NCBI GenBank assembly: GCA_903789595.1
Contig: CAIFEZ010000003.1
Location: 108,937 to 172,936 of the forward strand
Length of the DNA stretch: 64,000 nt
Origin: an uncultured eubacterium 1-6
Lineage (GTDB): Bacteria; Bacillota; Clostridia; Lachnospirales; Lachnospiraceae
Direction of reading: 5' to 3'
Made by a program: the position numbers and the translations under genes. Below, piece by piece: positions 55,758 to 64,000 of the stretch (the first letter of the stretch is position 1; every line of letters starts with the position of its first letter). Below the pieces are notes generated by a model, which was not told the origin of the DNA, ran no database searches, and saw only the letters and a program-made list of their open reading frames with translations.

Positions 55758-57320
55758 TTGAGTGACAAGATGAGAGTTGAGCAGAGAAGCTGGACCAAGA
55801 CGAGCATCGTCCGTGTGTTTTTCGTCGTGATGCTGATCGCGATGCAGTTCGCGTGGATTTTCGAGATGATCACCTATCTGGAAGCAAGGGTGACCTGGCT
55901 TTCAACGGCGATTACCTTCGGCGCCATGGTCCTGACGCTGACGATTTTTGCACGGCATATGAACGCATCCTACCGGATGTTCTGGATGATTGTCGTCATG
56001 GCCTTCCCCATGCCGGGCATCGTGTTCTATGCACTTATGGGAAGGAAAAATTCCACGCGCCGCATGCGCCGGGAATTCGAGACAATCGACCGTTCCGTTT
56101 TCCGGAAGCTGAAGCAGAGCCGGAAAACGCTGGAAACGCTGGAAAAAGAGGATCAGAGAGCGGCCGGAGCTTCCAATTATCTGTGGAAGACGTGCGGCTT
56201 TCCGGTGTACCGGAACACACGCGTGAAGTTTTTCGCGGACGCGGCGGATGGTTTTGAGGCGCAGCTTCAGGACCTGGAGAAGGCGAGACACCACATCTTT
56301 ATGGAATACTTTGCCATTGAAGAGGAAGGCGCCTTCGAAAGGGTCTTCCGGATTCTGAAGAAAAAAGCGGAGGAAGGCGTGGAGATCCGCATGATCTACG
56401 ACGATATCGGAAGCGTTGCCTTTCTGAACCGGAAATTCAACCGGAAAATGGAGGAGGCGGGCATCCACTGCATCCGGTTCAACCCGGTACTCCCGCTTCT
56501 GAATATCTTCGTGAATAACCGGGATCACAGGAAAATCATGGTGATCGACGGCAAGGTTGCGTACACCGGCGGTTACAATCTTGCGAACGAATATTTCCAT
56601 ATCACAAGGCCTTACGGATTCTGGAAGGATACCGGAGTACGTCTCGAGGGCGCGGCGGTGCGAAGCTTTTCGCTGATCTTTCTGGAGATGTGGGATCTGC
56701 TCAGTCACACCGATCCGGCCGGCGATGTGAAAAAATATCTGCCGGAGATCCCCTGCGGGATCGAAAACGACGGCTATGTGCAGCCCTATGCGGACAGCCC
56801 TCTGGATGACGAGCCGACCGGAGAAGAGGTCTATATGAACATGCTCCGGACGGCCAAGAGCTATGCGTATTTCGTGACGCCGTACCTGATCATAACGGAC
56901 GAAATGCGCCGGGAAATGGTGGGCGCCGCGAAGAGAGGGGTGGATGTGAGAATCATCACACCCGGAACCCCGGATAAAAAGCTGGTCTATCAGGAGACGA
57001 GATCCTACTATTCGGGGCTGGTCCGCGGAGGCGTGCGGATTTACGAGTATACGCCGGGATTCTGCCACGCGAAGATGAGCGTCGTCGACGACCGGTCAGC
57101 AACGGTCGGAACGATCAATCTGGACTACCGGAGCCTGTATCTGCATTTTGAGGACGGCGTGCTGTTCCACCGCGGCAGAATCGTAGGCGAGATCAAGGCG
57201 GATTTCGAGAAGATGTTCCGGGAATCCGAGGAGGTGACAAACCGTTACCGCAAAGGGGCACAGACAATTCTGAAGCGTTCTGTCCGCGCAGTGCTCCGAT
57301 TCCTGGCGCCTCTTCTCTGA
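55758..57320 (+). CDS. cls: Cardiolipin synthase (PLD superfamily, two HKD motifs)
   Basis: N-terminal TM helices, then HKD motifs HRKIMVIDGKVAYTGGYN and HAKMSVVDDRSATVGTIN. A TTG start at 55758 lies 7 nt after ggagagg; the alternative is ATG 55770. Confidence 0.85.
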   Translation: MSDKMRVEQRSWTKTSIVRVFFVVMLIAMQFAWIFEMITYLEARVTWLSTAITFGAMVLTLTIFARHMNASYRMFWMIVVMAFPMPGIVFYALMGRKNSTRRMRREFETIDRSVFRKLKQSRKTLETLEKEDQRAAGASNYLWKTCGFPVYRNTRVKFFADAADGFEAQLQDLEKARHHIFMEYFAIEEEGAFERVFRILKKKAEEGVEIRMIYDDIGSVAFLNRKFNRKMEEAGIHCIRFNPVLPLLNIFVNNRDHRKIMVIDGKVAYTGGYNLANEYFHITRPYGFWKDTGVRLEGAAVRSFSLIFLEMWDLLSHTDPAGDVKKYLPEIPCGIENDGYVQPYADSPLDDEPTGEEVYMNMLRTAKSYAYFVTPYLIITDEMRREMVGAAKRGVDVRIITPGTPDKKLVYQETRSYYSGLVRGGVRIYEYTPGFCHAKMSVVDDRSATVGTINLDYRSLYLHFEDGVLFHRGRIVGEIKADFEKMFRESEEVTNRYRKGAQTILKRSVRAVLRFLAPLL

Positions 57321-57321
57321 T

Positions 57322-57560
57322 CTGTTCATGCACAACTGACAAGGCATGGATTTCAAAGCACCTTTGCCTGAGCATTACTGGCTGTTAAAAGTTTTATCCG
57401 TAAATCCTTCATGGAATGAACAGCGAGGACTGTTTGACGAAGGCGCTCGCGCCTGAGGAGTTCCGCAGCTTCAATAAAGAAGGATAAAACTTTGTTATAG
57501 CCAGTTTGCGAATGACAACAGGGCTGTGAAATCCATGCCTTTCAGATATCCCGTGAACAG
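57322..57560. repeat. Rep-A element, copy 3 (compact, 239 bp)
   Basis: The termini are ctgttcatg ... cgtgaacag, and both arms are nearly identical to copy 1. The element is flanked by the 12-bp direct repeat tcttctctgatc (57311-57322 and 57569-57580). Confidence 0.85.
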
Positions 57561-57612
57561 ATAACTGATCTTCTCTGATCCTCTGATTCGTGTTTGTTTT
57601 CGAGAATGCCGC

Positions 57613-57641
57613 TTGCAATTGAAAATACAGTGTTATATAAT
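57613..57641 (+). promoter_or_regulatory. Sigma-70/SigA-type promoter of the suf operon
   Basis: TTGCAA (57613-57618), a 17-nt spacer, then TATAAT (57636-57641). A leader of about 140 nt precedes sufC. Confidence 0.6.
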
Positions 57642-57781
57642 GAAGCGACTGAAAAGTGTAGCATTTTACTAGGGTTTATTTTTCAGAAGCTGAAAAGCAG
57701 CAGATGGATGCTGAACTTATACAGTTTGCGGCGTGTTTTGCCGCATGAGTATTTATCGGGCAGTACGATTAGGAGGATGTT

Positions 57782-58543
57782 ATGGCAGATATTTTATTAC
57801 AGGTGAAGGACCTGTCAGTCAGTGTAGAGGACAAGGATATCCTGAAGGGCTTAAACCTCGAGGTGAGAAAGGGAGAGACGCACGTTCTGATGGGACCGAA
57901 CGGCGCGGGCAAGTCTACACTCGGAAATGCGCTGATGGGCAATCCGAATTACATCGTCAAGAGCGGTGATATTATTTTCAACGGCAAGAGCATACTGGAC
58001 GAGCCGGTGAATCAGAGAGCAAAGGACGGGCTGTTCATGTCCTTCCAGAACCCGCTGGAGGTTCCGGGAATTTCTCTCTCGAACTTTATCCGCAACGCGC
58101 TGGAGAACCGGACGGGAGAGAGAATCCGTCTCTGGGATTTCCGCAAGAAGATCGCGGCGTCAATGGATGTTCTGCAGATGGATCACTCCTATGCGGAGCG
58201 TGATCTGAATGTCGGCTTCTCCGGAGGAGAGAAGAAGAAGGCGGAGATTCTTCAGCTTCTGATGCTGAACCCCTCTCTCGCCATTCTGGATGAGACAGAC
58301 TCCGGTCTGGATGTCGACGCGGTGCGCACCGTGTCCAAGGGCGTCGAGGAATACCAGAAGAACCGCGACGGCTCGCTGATCATTATCACGCACAGCACGC
58401 GGATTCTGGAGTCCCTTCATGTCGATGCCACCCACGTTCTCGTGGACGGCACGATTGTCGAGGACGGCGACGCGTCGCTGGTAGATGAAATCAATGAGAA
58501 CGGATTCGAGCGGTTCATCAAGGAAGAAACCAAAGAGGCATAA
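57782..58543 (+). CDS. sufC: Fe-S cluster assembly ATPase SufC
   Basis: GPNGAGKSTL, FSGGEKKKAEILQL and AILDETDSGLD. Confidence 0.9.
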   Translation: MADILLQVKDLSVSVEDKDILKGLNLEVRKGETHVLMGPNGAGKSTLGNALMGNPNYIVKSGDIIFNGKSILDEPVNQRAKDGLFMSFQNPLEVPGISLSNFIRNALENRTGERIRLWDFRKKIAASMDVLQMDHSYAERDLNVGFSGGEKKKAEILQLLMLNPSLAILDETDSGLDVDAVRTVSKGVEEYQKNRDGSLIIITHSTRILESLHVDATHVLVDGTIVEDGDASLVDEINENGFERFIKEETKEA

Positions 58544-58552
58544 GGAGATCAT

Positions 58553-59965
58553 ATGGCAAAGGAAAAGACATACGTCGAGGATATAGACCGGAGTATGTAC
58601 GACTTCCGCAATGAGGAAAAAGATGAATTCCGAATTGAGGAGGGCCTGACTCCGGATATTATCCTCGAGATTTCAAAAGAAAAAAACGATCCGGAGTGGA
58701 TGAGAGATTTTCGTCTGAAATCTCTGGATATTTACAACAAGAAGCAGGTCCCGGACTGGGGACCGTCCATCGAAGGACTGGATATGGACAATATCGTCAC
58801 CTATGTGCGTCCGAACACAAAACGGATGGCAAAGGACTGGAACGATGTTCCGGACGAGATCAAGGATACCTTCGAGCGTCTCGGAATTCCGCAGGCGGAG
58901 AGAAAATCCCTTGCGGGCGTGGGCGCGCAGTATGATTCCGAGCTTGTATATCACAACGTGAAGGACGAGGTGGCGGCGCAGGGCGTGATCTACACGGATA
59001 TCGAGAGCGCGCTTCGCGGAGAATATGCGGATATGATCCGCAGCCATTTCATGAAGCTCGTACCGCCGACGGATCATAAATTTGCGGCACTTCACGGCGC
59101 CGTGTGGTCGGGCGGATCCTTTGTGTACGTTCCGAAGGGAGTTCATGTGGATATTCCGCTGCAGTCCTATTTCCGCCTGAACGCGAAGGGAGCAGGACAG
59201 TTTGAGCACACGCTGATCATCGTGGACGACGACGCCTACCTTCACTTCATCGAGGGATGCTCGGCTCCGAAATATAATGTGGCGAATCTGCATGCCGGCT
59301 GTGTCGAGCTTTACGTTGGAAAGAACTCGACCCTTCGGTACTCCACGATCGAGAACTGGTCCAAGAACATGTACAATTTGAACACAAAGCGCGCGCGTGT
59401 GGAAGAAGGCGGAAAAGTGGAATGGATTTCCGGATCCTTTGGCTCCCATGTTTCATACCTGTATCCCATGAGTATTCTGGCAGGCAGGGGCGCGAGGGCG
59501 GAATTCACCGGCGTGACCTTTGCGGGCAGAGGGCAGAATCTGGACACGGGATGCAAGATGGTGCACAGCGCGCCGGACACTTCCTCCTATGTGAGCACCA
59601 GATCTATTTCGAAGGACGGCGGAATCAGCACCTTCCGGAGCTCTGTCGTAGTCAACAGCCAGGCGAAAAACAGCAAATCATCGGTATCCTGTCAGTCTCT
59701 GATGCTTGACGCCGAGTCCAGATCCGATACCATTCCGGCTATGGATATCCGGACGCAGCAGGCGGATATCGGGCATGAGGCAAAGATCGGCCGTATCAGC
59801 GATGACGCGGTCTTCTATCTGATGAGCCGAGGACTGTCCGAGGAAGATGCCCGCGCGTTGATTGTCAGCGGATTTGCGGACAACGTAGGCAAGGAGCTTC
59901 CTCTCGAGTATGCGGTTGAGATGAACAATCTGATCCGTCTTGAGATGAAGGGCAGCATCGGTTAA
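58553..59965 (+). CDS. sufB: Fe-S cluster assembly scaffold SufB
   Basis: 470 aa with IESALRGEYADMIRSHF, AHLHFIEGCSAP-like (AYLHFIEGCSAP) and FYLMSRGLSEEDARALIV. Confidence 0.9.
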   Translation: MAKEKTYVEDIDRSMYDFRNEEKDEFRIEEGLTPDIILEISKEKNDPEWMRDFRLKSLDIYNKKQVPDWGPSIEGLDMDNIVTYVRPNTKRMAKDWNDVPDEIKDTFERLGIPQAERKSLAGVGAQYDSELVYHNVKDEVAAQGVIYTDIESALRGEYADMIRSHFMKLVPPTDHKFAALHGAVWSGGSFVYVPKGVHVDIPLQSYFRLNAKGAGQFEHTLIIVDDDAYLHFIEGCSAPKYNVANLHAGCVELYVGKNSTLRYSTIENWSKNMYNLNTKRARVEEGGKVEWISGSFGSHVSYLYPMSILAGRGARAEFTGVTFAGRGQNLDTGCKMVHSAPDTSSYVSTRSISKDGGISTFRSSVVVNSQAKNSKSSVSCQSLMLDAESRSDTIPAMDIRTQQADIGHEAKIGRISDDAVFYLMSRGLSEEDARALIVSGFADNVGKELPLEYAVEMNNLIRLEMKGSIG

Positions 59966-59975
59966 GGAGGCAGAC

Positions 59976-61052
59976 ATGGGAGAAATCAGAAATATTAAAC
60001 TCAACCGGCTGCCGGCGATCACCTGGTACTGGCTGAATATGAATGAGGCAAGCGTCGGAGCGAATTTTTCCGGCGCGGCTGTAGTAAACGCGGAGGTTCC
60101 GGAAGGAATTCGGACCCGCGAAGAAGAGAAGAATCTGTTTCCGGAGCAGCCGACGGGAGCGGGGAAGGCTTTCACGAAGGCTGTTGAGGCATCCGCCAAG
60201 AGCGTGCAGGTGTACACCGCACCGGCGGGCACGAAGGCAGATGCGCCGCTTCGGCTGCAATACTCCTATCAGGATGGCGACAGAAGTGTAAATGCGGTAG
60301 ATCTCGTGGCAGAGAAGAACAGTGAGCTTACGGTAGTGATGGATTTTACGGCGGCTCCGGACGCTTCCGGTTCGGCGGCGATTCAGACAAAATTTTCTGC
60401 CGGGGAAAATGCGGTTCTCCGTCTGGTACAGATCGTACGGGTCGGTCAGAACTTCAGCTTCATCAATGATCTCGGAGGAAAGACGGGAGACAACGCCAGG
60501 GTGGAGGTCATTCACCTGGTGCTTTCCGGAAAGGAAGTCTATCAGGGGTATCAGATTGATCTCGCCGGCTACAAGAGCAGTCTGAAGACCGATATTGCCT
60601 ATCAGGTTGCGGGAGAAGGGCATCTCGACATGAACTATTTTGCGAATCACATCGCGAAAAAAACAGAGTGCGAGATCAACGTCAACGGCGTACTTCGCGA
60701 CAAGGCATCGAAGATTCTCCGCGCCACCATCGATCTCAAACGCGGTGCGGTTGGAGCGGTAGGAAATGAAAAGGAAGATGTCCTTCTGATGGATGAGGGC
60801 GTAAGAAACCAGACGATACCGCTGATCCTCTGCACGGAGGAGGACGTGGTAGGAAATCACGGCGCCACGATCGGAAGGCTGGACGAGAGCCTTATGTTCT
60901 ATCTGGAATCCAGAGGTCTGAACAAGGAAGAAATCTATGAAATGATGGCCAAGGCCAGAATCGACGCCACAGTCCGGATGATCCCGGATGAGAAGACGAA
61001 ACAGGAAATCAACGAGTTTCTGGGAGGAGGCCTCGAGGATGACGAAGACTGA
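59976..61052 (+). CDS. sufD: Fe-S cluster assembly protein SufD
   Basis: 358 aa. The SufB/D-family C-terminal core is GHGATIGRLDESLMFYLESRGL. The gene lies between sufB and sufS. Confidence 0.8.
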   Translation: MGEIRNIKLNRLPAITWYWLNMNEASVGANFSGAAVVNAEVPEGIRTREEEKNLFPEQPTGAGKAFTKAVEASAKSVQVYTAPAGTKADAPLRLQYSYQDGDRSVNAVDLVAEKNSELTVVMDFTAAPDASGSAAIQTKFSAGENAVLRLVQIVRVGQNFSFINDLGGKTGDNARVEVIHLVLSGKEVYQGYQIDLAGYKSSLKTDIAYQVAGEGHLDMNYFANHIAKKTECEINVNGVLRDKASKILRATIDLKRGAVGAVGNEKEDVLLMDEGVRNQTIPLILCTEEDVVGNHGATIGRLDESLMFYLESRGLNKEEIYEMMAKARIDATVRMIPDEKTKQEINEFLGGGLEDDED

Positions 61053-62274
61053 ACGCAGGGAGGAGGATGCGCGGATCCGCAGGGATTTTCCGCTCCTGAC
61101 TCCCGGTGAGGCATATCTTGACAACGCGGCGACAACCCAGAAGCCGCAGGCAGTTCTGGACGCGGTCACGGAATACTATCGGAAATCAAACGCGAATCCG
61201 CTCAGAGGACTGTATGCGCTGAGCGTGGAGGCGACCCGTGAGTATGAGGATGCGCGGGAAGCGGTCCGCTCGTTTATCAACGCGAAGAGTACGGAAGAGA
61301 TCATTTTTACCAGAAACGCAACAGAGAGCCTGAATCTGATCGGCTATTCGTGGACCGCGGATCATCTGAAAGAGGGAGACGAAATACTGATTACTGTCAT
61401 GGAGCATCACAGCAACATGCTTCCGTGGCAGCAGGCGGCGAGGAGAACCGGCGCGGTTCTGAAATATCTGGAGCCGCAGCAGGACGGCACCATCACAGAG
61501 GAGATGTTCCGCAGCGCGCTCACGCCCAGAACCCGGCTCGTGTGCATGACACAGATCTCCAATGTCCTCGGCTGCAGAAACGATGTGAAGAGATTTGCTT
61601 CGATCGCTCACGAGCAGGGAGCGGTGTTTGTGTGCGACGGCGCGCAGAGCGTGCCCCACATCCCGGTGGACGTGCAGGATTTGGATGTCGATTTTCTGGC
61701 ATTTTCCGGCCACAAGATGCTTTCGCCGATGGGAATCGGCGTGCTGTACGGCAGGAAAGAGATTCTGGAGGAGATGCAGCCCTTCCTGTTCGGCGGAGAG
61801 ATGATCGAGTATGTGACGCGCGAGGGAGCCACTTACGCGGAGCTTCCGCACAAGTTCGAGGCGGGTACCGTAAACGCCGGCGGCGCTGTCGGTCTTCACG
61901 CGGCTATCGATTATTACAATCGGATCGGGTTTGACCGCATCGTAGAGAGGGAGGAGCATCTGACCCGTTACGCCATGGAGCGGATGAAGGAAAATCCGTA
62001 TATTACGATTCTCGGGTCGGAGGATCCGAAGAATCATCACGGCATCATCACCTTCAAGATCGAGGGCGTACATCCTCATGACATCGCGGCGATTCTGGAC
62101 AGCCTTCATGTGGATGTCCGGGCGGGGCACCACTGCGCGCAGCCGCTTCTGAAGTTTCTCGGCATCCCGTCCACCACGAGAGCCAGCTTCTGCTTCTACA
62201 ATACGGAGGACGAGGCGGACAGGCTGATTGACGCTTTGAATTCGGTAAGGAAGGAAATGGGTTATGCAGAATAA
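61039..62274 (+). CDS. sufS: Cysteine desulfurase SufS (class II aminotransferase V)
   Basis: Start at ATG 61039 after the RBS gggaggagg. YLDNAATTQKP, the PLP-Lys FSGHKMLSPMGIG and the catalytic loop RAGHHCAQPL. Confidence 0.9.
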   Translation: MTKTERREEDARIRRDFPLLTPGEAYLDNAATTQKPQAVLDAVTEYYRKSNANPLRGLYALSVEATREYEDAREAVRSFINAKSTEEIIFTRNATESLNLIGYSWTADHLKEGDEILITVMEHHSNMLPWQQAARRTGAVLKYLEPQQDGTITEEMFRSALTPRTRLVCMTQISNVLGCRNDVKRFASIAHEQGAVFVCDGAQSVPHIPVDVQDLDVDFLAFSGHKMLSPMGIGVLYGRKEILEEMQPFLFGGEMIEYVTREGATYAELPHKFEAGTVNAGGAVGLHAAIDYYNRIGFDRIVEREEHLTRYAMERMKENPYITILGSEDPKNHHGIITFKIEGVHPHDIAAILDSLHVDVRAGHHCAQPLLKFLGIPSTTRASFCFYNTEDEADRLIDALNSVRKEMGYAE

Positions 62275-62755
62275 TACCTTTTATAACGAGATTCTGACCG
62301 ATCATAATCTTCACCCGGCGCACAAGCATGAGCTCGAGGACGCAAATTATGAGCTGGAGGGCGTGAACCCGAGCTGCGGCGACGATATTGTTCTCAAGCT
62401 CAAGGTCGAAGACGGAAAGATCACAGACGGAGCATATGTCGGAGACGGCTGCGCCATCTCCCAGGCTTCCGCGGATATGATGCTGGATCTGGTCATCGGA
62501 AAGACAGTCGATGAGGCAAGGCATCTTTCAGACATCTTTCTTCGGATGATCAAGGAAAAAATCACCGACGAGGAGAGAGACGAGCTGGAAGAGGCCGGTG
62601 TGCTTCAGGACATTTCCCATATGCCGGCCCGAGTAAAGTGCGCCGTTCTCGGATGGCACACCATGGACGAGATTTTCGACGATCCGGAAAAAGCGAAGAA
62701 GAACTTTACATCGATAAAGGGACCGTCTGATTCCTCGAACATCTGCCATATGTAA
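62264..62755 (+). CDS. sufU: SufU/IscU-like sulfur-transfer scaffold
   Basis: NPSCGDDIVL, GDGCAISQASADMM and RVKCAVLGW are the three conserved Cys regions. Confidence 0.85.
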   Translation: MQNNTFYNEILTDHNLHPAHKHELEDANYELEGVNPSCGDDIVLKLKVEDGKITDGAYVGDGCAISQASADMMLDLVIGKTVDEARHLSDIFLRMIKEKITDEERDELEEAGVLQDISHMPARVKCAVLGWHTMDEIFDDPEKAKKNFTSIKGPSDSSNICHM

Positions 62756-62772
62756 CCGGTACAGATACAGAA

Positions 62773-63228
62773 ATGGATAAAAATGTCATTGTATCATTAA
62801 AGGGTTTTCAGTATATCCGGTCGGAGGAGGAGAACAGGCCGGTGGAGGTCATGTTCCCCGGTGTGTATTACCATAAGAACGGTCAGCATTATGTCGTGTT
62901 TGACGAAGTTCAGGAGGAGCTTCCCGGGAAGACGCACAGCGTTCTGAAATTCACGGAGGATCGCCTGCTCGTCCGCAGAAGCGGAGTGATCGAGGTCGAG
63001 ATGCTCTTCGAGAAGGAGAAGAGAACATCCGCATCGTATCATACGCCGTTCGGGATGATGAACCTTCAGATTTCGGCGACATCGTTCCGGCTGGAGGAGC
63101 AGGAAAACCGCATTGATTATAAGGTGGGGTACGCGCTTACCGTAGAGGAGGACGTGACCGCGGACTGTGAAATCGAGATCCGCATCGAGTCACAGCGCGG
63201 CGGAGCGTTTCATCTGACTGATGAATGA
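62773..63228 (+). CDS. DUF1934-family beta-barrel protein
   Basis: 151 aa with the pattern YYHKNGQHYVVFDE ... LVRRSGVIEVEMLFEKEKRTSASYHTPFGMM, typical of DUF1934/YwiB-like proteins (from memory). Confidence 0.6.
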   Translation: MDKNVIVSLKGFQYIRSEEENRPVEVMFPGVYYHKNGQHYVVFDEVQEELPGKTHSVLKFTEDRLLVRRSGVIEVEMLFEKEKRTSASYHTPFGMMNLQISATSFRLEEQENRIDYKVGYALTVEEDVTADCEIEIRIESQRGGAFHLTDE

Positions 63229-63344
63229 CGGCAGCGGGGAGAACAGACGCTCTGCGGATGAAGGCCGGCAGCGGCGCCTTCGTTTCCAGACGGCACTGCG
63301 GTCACATGCGGGACGTCTTTTGATATGCAGCTGCAGCAGAAAAA

Positions 63345-63384
63345 AGAAAGGAGGTCGGAATCACAGGATTCTGACCTCCTTTCT
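63345..63384. terminator. Bidirectional terminator
   Basis: agaaaggaggtc(63345-63356)/gacctcctttct(63373-63384) form a 12-bp perfect stem between convergent genes. Confidence 0.7.
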
Positions 63385-63420
63385 GGTGACCCGGGGATGC
63401 GGATCATCTGGGGAGCGGGA

Positions 63421-63891
63421 TTATTCCTCACCGCGGCCCTTGCGGAGCAGCTGCTCCATTTTGCTCTCTTTCTTCTTCTTGCCGGCGTTATCAAGCTTGC
63501 CGCGAATTGCGCGGACATCTGTTATATACAGGCCGGAAATCGTAGCCTTGACCTCCTTCTTCAGGGGAATCACGTCGAATACGTTCTTGTCGCAGATGAA
63601 AGAAGAAACCATGGCACCTCGTCCGGTATTGACTCTGGCCTTGACAACGGGGAATTTACGTCCGCGAAGCATTTTCGGGGTCTGCTGCAGAACGACATCC
63701 GGGAAACCGGCATCCTTCAGCTTTACTTTCTTCTTGTCAATAACCAGCATTGTGACATTCTGCTTCTGCGCATCGATCTGCTCCTGCTGTTCCGCCTGCT
63801 TCTTCTCGGCGCGTTTGCCCAGAAAATACAGGACGGCAATCACAGCGGCGACGATCGCAATTACGATGATCAGAACTACCCACCAGCGCAT
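63421..63891 (-). CDS. Single-pass membrane protein, unknown function
   Basis: 156 aa. An N-terminal TM helix (WWVVLIIVIAIVAAVIAVLYFL) is followed by a K/E/Q-rich segment and a beta-rich domain of about 90 aa. Confidence 0.6.
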   Translation of the reverse strand: MRWWVVLIIVIAIVAAVIAVLYFLGKRAEKKQAEQQEQIDAQKQNVTMLVIDKKKVKLKDAGFPDVVLQQTPKMLRGRKFPVVKARVNTGRGAMVSSFICDKNVFDVIPLKKEVKATISGLYITDVRAIRGKLDNAGKKKKESKMEQLLRKGRGEE

Positions 63892-64000
63892 GTCCTCGTA
63901 CCTCCTACCTGTTTGTTGAAAATATCTAATCTATTTTAGCATTCCTGCGGGCAAAAGGCAATCCGTTTTGAAGCGGCGGATATTGCTAAGAAAGCGGATT

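Overview
This 64-kb window is chromosomal DNA with a Firmicutes/Clostridia-type gene order at roughly 55% GC; the organism assignment is inference only. I saw no rRNA, tRNA or CRISPR array. Most of the window is housekeeping. It holds a cobalamin-riboswitch-controlled BtuFCD-type ABC importer plus an extra lipoprotein, pepF and galM. A maltodextrin locus follows: sugar ABC transporter, two malQ paralogs flanking a LacI-family regulator, and glgP. After that come an LCP-family protein, prfC, and the conserved block asp23-nusB-xseA-xseB-ispA-dxs-tlyA-nadK-argR-recN. The remainder is a UbiB-like kinase, dgkA, livJHMGF, a CBS/ACT protein, hcp, an SPFH protein, cardiolipin synthase and sufCBDSU. 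There are four kinds of accessory or unusual content. (1) The left edge carries the last two genes of a Wadjet-like (JetC/JetD) anti-plasmid system, followed by decayed DNA. (2) An IS605-type element has divergent tnpA and tnpB-like genes. The TnpB-like protein is atypical: 560 aa, a long charged insertion near the N-terminus, no zinc-ribbon between RuvC-II and RuvC-III, and Glu instead of Asp at RuvC-III. It is followed by about 360 nt of structured non-coding sequence, a candidate guide-RNA scaffold. This is the best candidate for something new. (3) Two related families of MITE/REP-like palindromic intergenic elements are dense in the window. Rep-A has at least 3 full and 3 partial copies; Rep-B has 2 copies. 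One Rep-A copy is flanked by a 12-bp direct repeat exactly at a stop codon. (4) Several intergenic tandem-repeat arrays are present (35 bp x3, 37 bp x4, 32 bp x6.5, 48 bp x2), plus duplicated CDS 3' ends. Many very long antisense ORFs in the six-frame track are rejected as GC-bias artefacts.
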